NCBI GenBank assembly: GCA_046483985.1
Contig: JAWOCD010000078.1
Location: 1 to 24,440 of the forward strand
DNA from: Promethearchaeia archaeon
GTDB lineage: Archaea > Asgardarchaeota > Lokiarchaeia > Sigyniarchaeales > SOKP01
Direction: 5' to 3'
DNA: 24,440 nt
Part shown: positions 17,401-24,440 of the stretch, piece by piece
Numbering within the stretch: the stretch's first letter is position 1
How the letters are laid out: the number at the start of each line of letters is the position of its first letter
Notes under the pieces: generated by a model
What the model was told of the DNA's origin: nothing
Database searches by the model: none
Seen by the model: the letters and a program-made list of their open reading frames with translations, nothing else
Made by a program: the position numbers and the translations under genes

Positions 17401-18527
17401 GAAGAAGATGTAAATTCTTGAGGAGTTTGTGGGTTTTTTTGCTGAGAATTTGAGGCTGGAGGTGAGGGTAGAGTCGAGCGCTGTTGATACTTTGATTTTT
17501 CCTTTTTCTTTTTTGCATTAGCAACAATACTCAAACCACAACAAATAAAAATAAGTATCACTATTCCAATGAGAAATAATGACACTTCATTTCTGAACAA
17601 GAATATCCATCTTTCTTCGCATGTATTATTCGAAATATTGTTTCCCTCACACTTCTCTTCTTCTATACATCCCATCATGTTTTGGTCTAGTATGTTCGCC
17701 TTAATAATATTATAGTTACTCCGCTCTAAATAGATACCATATTGAAAGTTATCCTTTGCGATATTTTCCGTTAATGTATTATTGTGCGACTCTTTAAGTT
17801 CAAAACCGTTATAACAATTATCTGCGGTGTTTCCTTTTAAAGTATTATTGTGCGACTCCTTAAGTATAAAACTGTTATCCTTTGCGATATTTTCCGTTAA
17901 TGTATTATTGTGCGACTTCTTGAGTTCGAAACCATTTTCATTATCATTCGCGGTATTTCCAGTTAACTCGATCTCATTGGAAGAAACAAGAAGAAATCCA
18001 GCAGAAAAAAGTCCATCACTTTCATTAACAAAATTCCCCGTTAACTTAATCTTAAATGAATCAGAAAGTTCAAAACCATGGAGATTATTTTGAGCTGTAT
18101 TATTTCTTAGTTCTCCGTTCTTTACATTCTCTAAATTAAATCCCACGTTATTCTCACTGGATCCATCTTTCACTTTAACATTTTCAATAATAAAATAAGC
18201 ATCCGTGTTTTGAATGGTAATTCCGTTACTTTCCATTCCATTAATCTCCAGATCCCTAATAATATAGGGGTTATTTTCCGTTCCATCTCCATCCCAATCA
18301 TTTTGCTCTGCCTGTTCCGCAAAATCATCATTTCCATCAATAAAAATATTATTATCATAGCCAGATATGCGCGGGCTCTTATTTATTCCATTATTATCGT
18401 TGGATCCTCTATTTAAATACCTTTCTTCTGAATGAATGCCGCTAACTATCAAGAAGGAGCCTCCAAAAAATAAGAAAACTACTATTACACACAAAATTAA
18501 AGTGATGGGTTGTCTTTTGCTATTCAT
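14439..18527 (-). CDS. Large modular membrane protein: signal/TM, NosD/CASH beta-helix, about 12 TM segments, Glu/Lys-rich linker, PCI-like winged helix, double zinc ribbon
   Basis: IFIDGNDDF...WDGDGTENNPYII and S-N-N-T-L-x-x-N repeats; many hydrophobic spans; YTEITFSKLSSKTGL...LEDLIEEMIISGEIEAKI; CIVC/CRVC/CKKC/CKNC. Confidence 0.85.
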   Translation of the reverse strand: MNSKRQPITLILCVIVVFLFFGGSFLIVSGIHSEERYLNRGSNDNNGINKSPRISGYDNNIFIDGNDDFAEQAEQNDWDGDGTENNPYIIRDLEINGMESNGITIQNTDAYFIIENVKVKDGSSENNVGFNLENVKNGELRNNTAQNNLHGFELSDSFKIKLTGNFVNESDGLFSAGFLLVSSNEIELTGNTANDNENGFELKKSHNNTLTENIAKDNSFILKESHNNTLKGNTADNCYNGFELKESHNNTLTENIAKDNFQYGIYLERSNYNIIKANILDQNMMGCIEEEKCEGNNISNNTCEERWIFLFRNEVSLFLIGIVILIFICCGLSIVANAKKKKEKSKYQQRSTLPSPPASNSQQKNPQTPQEFTSSSPKRATNNWDAEEIKPSFLKKHYILVVFIFILFLAFVMLGYCYQEYGSVKVSEINSYNDPAVNLYFLLVFITAFGAIPFLILDIVVSRQVKKKYRKRFKQLHQKNPYRQGYQTQHPTQRKQKEKQGQSKKEPNIISQQLKNPLTRPYVPFFILSMVLIAVVVVFVEGFKIPLLWQAILILSILSIPGFFLISTGNVMLFRNFLNNLKDKHFVTIRKLIYYIFIFMGAAITFLIAFLIGFVYIWIAFWVFTFIVVISEMNKAFMKNLEFIPEGKKWSIFLWFMAFLPLTGYIGYKIIYQLISGADLLTAILANGTAFVVGVIGVAMIWGLSFFLIVITKKEEQEKARCVAAFTISFGILLASWVITAAESFTPTQKLALNSLNLYIAFKAVIKKVKDNLTGFQDEYQDNFSFSSRIISKFIGKKGEKSREAVIFMVYSSLFFGYLISVVVLSFLTNSINETASFLGIDFQAPSLGKIIVYAIQIGIAITIVIPYLSIKYLTFDLEKYNQLKDKYNEPGKIAKVVNFLKKIFNFFRRKKTAETEQEDVQQVEESTPTEQTQPEEELTLPSLEPQEGFQKSSQKNQFIDSESPVKEQGEKIQFVSKNASERTENLVSEESEHKEIKHKESKKLVESPMTEGGQKGSSKKFQKKELETKVIETERSDIINEEPLARHPKESRSRKEKSEVTKPVQEKNKKRLTEIVKYIYNLPKIYTEITFSKLSSKTGLKTGTLEDLIEEMIISGEIEAKIKKETIIFQKENQKSEKVIEEEVSPRGEGRIKFKDEVLDTKNDDEERKEPQEDLADRKEGKRKEKRKKEKIRQKDEFERTKSIDEEVAAEKYSEGNGLISKNEPNMESIFSFQNSPKIKDDSKASHNLKPKVSSEIESKEKTDIEEIDAEQLKASIKKSALKGGVNAENAEGKSRTPQKGDETVRCIVCDAENQISNKTCRVCGTDLDYKRTKRIYCKKCGKKNYSRAKYCKNCGSLLKE
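17748..17936 (-). repeat. Intragenic 126-bp-period duplication in the beta-helix region
   Basis: 17748-17791 and 17874-17917 are identical over 44 nt; a third partial copy lies near 17842. Confidence 0.85.
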
Positions 18528-18644
18528 TTCTCATTACATTTTTTTTCCCTAGTACTAAAATTATGATTTAACTTTTATTTAAAATTTTAATTTTTAATAT
18601 CTTTTTTCTATCACTGAAATATCTTAGAGAAGTATTAGAGGGAA

Positions 18645-18878
18645 ATGTCGAGATTTGAAGGAAAACATCCCGAGATTAAATGGACTGCTTTGTACAAGCA
18701 GATTACTAAGGAACATCTAGAGAAATTAGAAAATCCAGATTCCGTACCAATTAAAGAATTAAGAGAAATCTTGCGATATTTTCAAATCAAAGTAAAAGAA
18801 GAAGCTTCTGAAGCCTATATGAAGAAGGGAGGGAATAATGAACTAAATAATCGATTATATCTCAACGATAAGATGTAA
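18645..18878 (+). pseudogene. Truncated or chimeric RHH/CopG-like antitoxin-type gene
   Basis: KHPEIKWTALYKQITKEHLEKLE resembles the archaeal RHH motif KHPEIKWSEVARxAIxxYLxxLE; N-terminal strand absent. Confidence 0.5.
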
Positions 18879-18904
18879 AATAAACGAGAACACTATTAAA
18901 AATG

Positions 18905-19017
18905 TACCTAACTAAATTATTTCATTTTTTTTCTGTTGATTATCTTGACTTTCTCTATTATTATTATTATTATTGGTTTATAGGCGGCGGGTTAAGAAGA
19001 ATCACGTGTTTCCCCTG
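18905..19017. repeat. Dispersed ~110-bp repeat, copy 2 (same orientation; TAT microsatellite expanded)
   Basis: Homologous to 14181-14297; palindrome variant GAATCACGTGTTTC at 18999-19012. Confidence 0.85.
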
Positions 19018-19034
19018 TACTCTCTAAGGCACAA

Positions 19035-19427
19035 TTATTTTTTAAATCCCAATTTCAATACCGATTGATGCGTATTGTCGGCTTTATTCTCCAAGATAAA
19101 ATAAAGGAATCGTTTTTTGGAGGAGTTAACCTTATGGGCCGAGAGGTATAAATTGGTCTCTTCCTTTCTGATATCATGTGCCCGCGCCTTATGGGTATTG
19201 AGAGATGTCCTGTTTTTAAATTTCCGCTTGCAATAAATACACTCTTGCGGTTCGCCTGTCTTCCTCCTCCTTACTCTGATCTTCTGGGTGAAATACGGTT
19301 GTATCTGCTTTTGAATCTGGAAGAGAATTGTATTCAAGGTCTTGTTGGTGAGGTCAGAAAAATTGTTGATGACAATGTCGGGAAGTTCAATTTCCTTTTT
19401 GATGGTGAGCGTTATTTTTTTGGGCAT
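19035..19427 (-). CDS. Small basic protein with a classical C2H2 zinc finger
   Basis: C-x2-C-x3-F-x5-L-x2-H-x4-H (CIYCKRKFKNRTSLNTHKARAH); GGAGGT upstream of ATG. Confidence 0.7.
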   Translation of the reverse strand: MPKKITLTIKKEIELPDIVINNFSDLTNKTLNTILFQIQKQIQPYFTQKIRVRRRKTGEPQECIYCKRKFKNRTSLNTHKARAHDIRKEETNLYLSAHKVNSSKKRFLYFILENKADNTHQSVLKLGFKK

Positions 19428-19570
19428 TGTTTTTCGTTTTTACCTCCGTTTTTCTTCACGGTGTACTTTTTTGAGGGAGACTTCCGAACCCTTATGAGAA
19501 ATATTATCCGTTACTTATTAAAGATTTTCCTCATCTGCAATCTGACCGCCACAATTCGGAAAAAATTTCA

Positions 19571-19746
19571 TTGAATAGAGAAGAATTAAAAAGAAGATAA
19601 GAATTGATAAACTGAAATTCTCAAAGTATGACACTCGTGAGGAAATAGATAAAGAATATATTGAGGAATTGGCAGAAAGTCTAAAAAAGGATGATTATGG
19701 AACCCTATTCTTGTTAAAAGATTAGATAATGGAGATTATGAAGTTA
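19571..19746 (+). pseudogene. ParB/Srx N-terminal domain remnant with frameshifts
   Basis: KKIRIDKLKFSKYDTREEIDKEYIEELAESLKKD, frameshift, WNPILVKRLDNGDYEV; truncated just before the GxRR box. Confidence 0.75.
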
Positions 19747-20937
19747 GAGTTTGAGAATCTCTAATGATTTTCCGCAATTAGGACAATAATTTTCAAGATA
19801 TTTTATATAATCTCCGCAATATGGACAATAAACTTTTTTAAATTTCGGTTGCGATTGATCGGGCTGTTCTAAATCGTCTCCTTTTGCTTGAACCGGTCTC
19901 TGTTTGCATTTATTCCGGTAAGGTGGTACAGAAAGATCGCCTCGTGGAGAAGGTGTTGAATGAGTCTTTTTCTTCGCTCTGATGAACAGTAGTATGTTTT
20001 TTAAGAGCGAGACAAGATAAAAATGCTTGGAATAATAATCATGGTTTAGTTTCAATTTTTGAGGTTGCTTATTATTTACTATTATTGTAAATTCAATATA
20101 TTTGTAAGTTCTAGAGCCACTGTAGGCCCCGGAACTTCTTCTCTTTTCTTGCTTCTCTTCAATGGTAATATCCTCGATGTCTTCCCATCTGATCAAGGGA
20201 CCCCACCCCTTATTCTCCGAGAGCTTCATGCTACAGAGATATAACCCGTTCTCTGTATATCGAATGTCTGGCGGATGTCGCCAGAATTTTTTCATGGTTA
20301 TGAGGCTAAAGGAAATACATGACAAAATCATTATGAGGAGCATAATAGAAAAAAGCCCCTCCTCCGACCCCACCAAAAAGAGACATAATAGAAAAAAGCC
20401 CCCAGCTATTTCTTCAAAGATAAGGAAGATTGTCTTATTAGTGATCCATCCGCCTCCAAAATAATTTAGTTCTTGAAGTAAACCGTGTTTAATCCATCCG
20501 TTGGACGTGTTAAGCCGATTCTCCAGCGATTTTCCCCCCTTTAAATAAACCCTATTGACGTAAAGTCGTGTTATCGCATAAATTAGAAGCGTCCCATAAA
20601 AGACTGAGGATATAGAAAACCATCGAAAAATGAAATTAAACGCTGCGGCTCCCAAAATGGATATCCACCCTATTAAAAGAGACCGACATGCATTATATTG
20701 CATATTTACCCGCTTTTTTTGTCTTTTTTCAAGGCGCGTAACCGATTCGGAGGTTTTAGGTTCTCTTTCCCGATAAAACATTTCTATCCATTTTTCTAAA
20801 AACAATTTATTATTTTCCCATAATAGATGACTGTTGGACCATTTCTTTTCAAGTAACTTATTGTGGATCCGATCTTGATGCTCTTGCTTCTGGTGTCTTC
20901 CTGATTTAATTATCTTTCGTGTTTTATCTTCTTTCAA
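19744..20937 (-). CDS. Membrane protein (about 4 TM) with PH-like segment and C-terminal zinc ribbon
   Basis: Hydrophobic helices; IRYTENGLYL...IRWEDIEDITI; CPYCG...CPNCG. Confidence 0.7.
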   Translation of the reverse strand: MKEDKTRKIIKSGRHQKQEHQDRIHNKLLEKKWSNSHLLWENNKLFLEKWIEMFYREREPKTSESVTRLEKRQKKRVNMQYNACRSLLIGWISILGAAAFNFIFRWFSISSVFYGTLLIYAITRLYVNRVYLKGGKSLENRLNTSNGWIKHGLLQELNYFGGGWITNKTIFLIFEEIAGGFFLLCLFLVGSEEGLFSIMLLIMILSCISFSLITMKKFWRHPPDIRYTENGLYLCSMKLSENKGWGPLIRWEDIEDITIEEKQEKRRSSGAYSGSRTYKYIEFTIIVNNKQPQKLKLNHDYYSKHFYLVSLLKNILLFIRAKKKTHSTPSPRGDLSVPPYRNKCKQRPVQAKGDDLEQPDQSQPKFKKVYCPYCGDYIKYLENYCPNCGKSLEILKL

Positions 20938-21012
20938 TTTCTATTTTTTCACGCAATTTTAGATTTCTTACATTAGATAAAAATGAGTTTTCTGTGTATT
21001 TAAATTTTTCTT

Positions 21013-21048
21013 TTCACATGAAAAGAAGGATTCACATGAAAAGAAGAA
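21013..21048 (+). repeat. 18-bp tandem duplication TTCACATGAAAAGAAG(G/A)A
   Basis: 17/18 identity, seen directly. Confidence 0.8.
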
Positions 21049-21293
21049 CCCCACCAAGATCATTTCCTCTTCCATCGAGACCGAGATATGGGTATAGTGT
21101 TTCATAACCGAGAGACAACTTCTAATTTTATAATAATCAATCCCCGGTTTTATTTGAATAAAAAATGACTTGGGTATCTTTAGAGCTTTCAGTAACTGTT
21201 TGAGAAGAAAGAAAAAAGGAAGAATGTTAAGGCTTAATAATAATTAATAACTTGACGGTTATTAGTCTCTAACCCGGTGATTTTGTAATTTAA

Positions 21294-21671
21294 ATGCAGT
21301 TTCAATCATTAGAGAATTCACCGGGCCAAATACAATACAGGAAAAAGTGGTCAAAGGGCGTATTAGACACAAATATTTTAGTCTTTGTTTTAGATACTGC
21401 CGATAAAGAACGCTTCGATGAGGCAAAGAAAGAACTTTATCGATTGCTAAATAACTTAGATACCCGCGGCGCTCCATTAATTGTGTGCTTCCACAAAATG
21501 GATTTGGATGCCGCCCAAGAGAATTTCGAAGAGGCTAAAGATATGCTGGAATTATCGAAGATTGACAAGCGAGAGGGATATTGGTTTAAAACCTCTGTAA
21601 AAACAAGAGAAGGCATTGAAGAACTAAAAGAGAAATTGGTTGAAGTCGTGGAAAAATCTCGTTGGGGATAA
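21294..21671 (+). pseudogene. Arf/Ras-like small GTPase missing G1 (P-loop) and G2
   Basis: PGQIQYRKKW (end of G3), LVFVLDTADKERFDEAKKEL, PLIVCFHKMD (G4 variant), KTSVKTREGIEE (G5); no GxxxxGK found upstream. Confidence 0.8.
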
Positions 21672-21773
21672 TTTAGTAATAAATCTTAATCTTTATTATG
21701 TCCCTAAATTGGGAAAACTTTAATGTTTTGAAATATTTAAATCATAAAAATTTAAAATTTACTCCATTAAAGT

Positions 21774-24278
21774 ATGCAGATCTTTACTATAATTCTAACT
21801 ATTGTGGGAAGCATCATCGCATTATTACTATTGCTACTTTTATTAATTTATGTTTTCCTCCCGTATTATTTTCTGATATACGCAAAGCGATATGACGGAT
21901 CATATGATCCAAAAGAGGACCCAATAAAAAAGCATAATTGGGATGTTAAACGCAAAGAAAATTTCGAAACACTGCGCGATATTTCGATTGAATTCGATAA
22001 AAAAAGGGGATCATGGAAAATCGCACACAAAAAGAACACCATCATCGATGATATCCATCTTTGGTTTTATTTTAAGGGGCAAAAATACAGTTCCCATTCA
22101 AACGAACCAGATTCCATAAGCCTAGCATTAACTAATTATTCCGAAGAAGTAATATCACACCAAACACTGGGAGAGTGTAAAAAATCGCTGGCATCCTGGC
22201 AAATCAAAGAAACCAATATCATAGTCACCACGAGTATATCGCTCTGTCAAGACAAAACGTGCATTATATTTCAGATTTCCACGAACCACGAATTAGAAGT
22301 CAATGAACGGGTGACAAATCAACCAATTAATTTCGTATTTCCTGCCTTCGAGAATAGAACTAGTTTAAAACGGACTATTTCCTACGATGACACGATCTTC
22401 TGTCCCACACAGAGGGATTTTGAATTGACGCACGGACCAGTTTGTTTGTTTAACGATAATAAAGAGAATATCATACTTTCGGCCCTTAATCAATTTCTTA
22501 TATCTCCGTGGGTCAAGACCGAATCAAATAATTCTCAACAGTTGCAATTCGGAATCCATTCCTCGATAAAAATAGTTCCTCAAGACTTTCAGCATGACGC
22601 TATTATGGTCTTCGGCCAGAAAATAAGAAAGAATTTCGTTCAGTGGGCAGATATACTCAGAGCATACAACAAACTGCCAAAAAAGGCGTTAAATCCTGAC
22701 ATCCCGACTACATATCTCGGCTATTATACGGATAACGGATCCTATTATTACTATAATACGGAAAAAGGAATGAAGGCGGGGGAGACATTGATTAAAGTAA
22801 AAGAATATGCGGAAAAAAGGGGGATCCCCTATAACCATTATCAAATAGATTCCTGGTGGTACCAAAAAATAACATCTGAATCAAAACAGAGGTGGTTAGG
22901 CTGGCTTTCGAGTATTTTTGGGACCTTTTTATATGGCGGAGCGTTGGTCTGGGAGCCAGATCCTGATTTTTTAGAGATGAGTCCTAAAGAATTATCCTCG
23001 CATTTGGATGCTCCCTTAACGGCCCATAATAGATGGTTTAACTCCCGCACCCCCTACAAAGAGCAGTACGATTTTATTGAAGAGGATGGATGGGCCATGC
23101 CTCATGATAATGCATTTTGGGACCATATCATGAGATATTGCAAAGAAAATAATATTATCGTGCATGAACAGGATTGGATGGTTAATCAAATTAAACATTT
23201 CAGCCACTTACGGAATACAATCAATGAGGCTGAAAAATGGCTAGATCAAATGGCGACCAACGCGGAAAAATATGGGATTACCATCCAATATTGCATGGAA
23301 ACTCCCGCAATGGTCATGCAGTCGATTTTCTATCCCGCAGTCACACATTGTCGGACATCCGATGATTATCACGGGTATACCTTTAAGACGTATGATGTTC
23401 CCGGATTTACCCAAGCTTCCCTATTAGCCCATGTCTTAGGGTTGCGCCCCTTTAAAGACGTGTTCAAAACCAAAAAGTATACGCTCCTTAAATACAGAGG
23501 TGAGCGGATCGCTGAACTTGAATGTCTAATGGCTTCTCTAAGTACCGGGCCCGTTACTCCGGGCGATAGATACAAAGATATGAATAAGGAACTGATTATG
23601 CGATCCTGCAGAAAGGACGGCAAATTGCTGCAACCCACGTTTCCATTAACCGCCATTGATTTGATGTATATCGAGAATCACACTTATTACGTGGCATCCG
23701 CCGAACTCCAAACTCGTATCGATAAACAAGACATTATATGGTTCTATGTGCTCACCATAAATCTGTTTCCGAAACGGGTGAAAAACCATGAATATACAGC
23801 GGAGGAATTTTATCTTCCAAAGAAACGTTATATTGAATTCGATTGGCATAGTCATAAAACACGAGAGGTTTCCTCCTCTACCTTGATTTCTCAAAAACTT
23901 GAGTTCGAAGAGTATAAATATCGAGTATATGCGCCTCTTCTTTTAAACAGCATAGCTCTCATCGGAAATCCCGAAAAATTTACGACCTTTAATACAGTTC
24001 AATATAATATTAAAGAGATAAGGGAAAATTCAATACTTATCCAGATAAATGGGCTCAAAGAGGAACTTGTCTCTTTTGTATTGATTAGTCTGCCACAAGT
24101 GGAGCCCAGTTTTGAAATAAGGGGTAAAGCAGTAAAAACCGGGGAATCTGCGCAATTCGAGGGATTTAATACCACACTTACAAAAAAGAACAAACAAAAC
24201 TCTGAAAATCTTACGCTTCTCCAATTTGATTTCAAATTCAACAAAGAAACAACCGCGGACTTACAGATTACGGTTTAG
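21774..24278 (+). CDS. N-terminally membrane-anchored glycoside hydrolase-like protein, GH-D clan (GH27/GH36/raffinose synthase-like) TIM barrel
   Basis: N-terminal TM; YLGYYTDNGSYYYY; YQIDSWWY; HNRWF; HEQDWM; IQYCM; RTSDDY; PFKDVF; LSTGPVTPGD; CRKDGKLLQP. Confidence 0.7.
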   Translation: MQIFTIILTIVGSIIALLLLLLLLIYVFLPYYFLIYAKRYDGSYDPKEDPIKKHNWDVKRKENFETLRDISIEFDKKRGSWKIAHKKNTIIDDIHLWFYFKGQKYSSHSNEPDSISLALTNYSEEVISHQTLGECKKSLASWQIKETNIIVTTSISLCQDKTCIIFQISTNHELEVNERVTNQPINFVFPAFENRTSLKRTISYDDTIFCPTQRDFELTHGPVCLFNDNKENIILSALNQFLISPWVKTESNNSQQLQFGIHSSIKIVPQDFQHDAIMVFGQKIRKNFVQWADILRAYNKLPKKALNPDIPTTYLGYYTDNGSYYYYNTEKGMKAGETLIKVKEYAEKRGIPYNHYQIDSWWYQKITSESKQRWLGWLSSIFGTFLYGGALVWEPDPDFLEMSPKELSSHLDAPLTAHNRWFNSRTPYKEQYDFIEEDGWAMPHDNAFWDHIMRYCKENNIIVHEQDWMVNQIKHFSHLRNTINEAEKWLDQMATNAEKYGITIQYCMETPAMVMQSIFYPAVTHCRTSDDYHGYTFKTYDVPGFTQASLLAHVLGLRPFKDVFKTKKYTLLKYRGERIAELECLMASLSTGPVTPGDRYKDMNKELIMRSCRKDGKLLQPTFPLTAIDLMYIENHTYYVASAELQTRIDKQDIIWFYVLTINLFPKRVKNHEYTAEEFYLPKKRYIEFDWHSHKTREVSSSTLISQKLEFEEYKYRVYAPLLLNSIALIGNPEKFTTFNTVQYNIKEIRENSILIQINGLKEELVSFVLISLPQVEPSFEIRGKAVKTGESAQFEGFNTTLTKKNKQNSENLTLLQFDFKFNKETTADLQITV

Positions 24279-24290
24279 GTTCTTTTTTTT
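24279..24290 (+). terminator. Oligo-T tract after the hydrolase stop (archaeal-type terminator)
   Basis: T-rich tract directly after TAG at 24278. Confidence 0.35.
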
Positions 24291-24304
24291 CAAGACCTAT
24301 TATC

Positions 24305-24440
24305 TCATATCTTTTTTATTTTATCCCGCCGGCGCCTCGCCTTGAATGCGTCGATGAACCGCGCCCGTGTCGTGTGCATCATGTCAGACGGGCCTAGACA
24401 GATGTGCCGCCAACCGCCAACGTCCTCAATCGCCTCCCAG
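24305..24440 (-). other. GC-rich foreign-looking tail encoding the C-terminus of a phage-like protein
   Basis: 76/116 G+C over 24325-24440; frame WEAIEDVGGWRHICLGPSDMMHTTRARFIDAFKARRRR resembles phage replication-region proteins (GGWxxxC...RAxF). Confidence 0.5.

Noticed and set aside
9223-18768. DGR template/variable repeat pair (4 of 5 mismatches are at A in the 18721 copy)
   Set aside because: Too short, mismatches mostly synonymous, one mismatch is not at A, and no reverse transcriptase is present; paralog divergence explains it
12492-21048. CRISPR array
   Set aside because: Repeats are two-unit tandem duplications without spacers; no cas genes
9977-24244. Other short ORFs in the track (e.g. 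9977, 10430, 10957, 11414, 15726, 16765, 17827, 18170, 18210, 19176, 20059, 20162, 20919, 21262, 21698, 22841-24244 minus)
   Set aside because: Antisense or alternative-frame ORFs over stronger genes, lacking motifs
1-24440. tRNA, rRNA, intact transposase or integrase
   Set aside because: None recognised by eye

Overview
AT-rich archaeal window. The gene content points to an Asgard archaeon, probably Lokiarchaeia (Arf-like GTPase, PCI-like winged helix, NosD beta-helix membrane protein, zinc ribbons, UroD-fold paralogs); this is inferred, not proven. The best-supported unusual system is a tightly packed minus-strand operon (4005-8955): an HdrB-HdrC fusion followed by the three split archaeal glutamate synthase genes (amidotransferase, Fe-S/FMN synthase, GXGXG). 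No gltD, NAD(P)H flavoprotein or FrhB-like gene is in the window, so this may be a thiol/disulfide-coupled glutamate synthase. Other intact genes encode two UroD/MtaA-fold proteins, a LURP-one/scramblase-like protein, a GAF histidine kinase, a 1362-aa receptor-like membrane protein, a C2H2 zinc-finger protein, a membrane zinc-ribbon protein and a membrane-anchored GH-D-clan-like hydrolase. Many intergenic gaps contain short gene relics (FG-GAP, VapB/VapC, RHH antitoxin, Fpg zinc finger, ParB, truncated Arf). A ~110-bp repeat with a 14-bp palindrome and attC-like ends occurs twice. The last ~116 bp are abruptly GC-rich and phage-like. All family calls are by motif recognition only; no searches were run.
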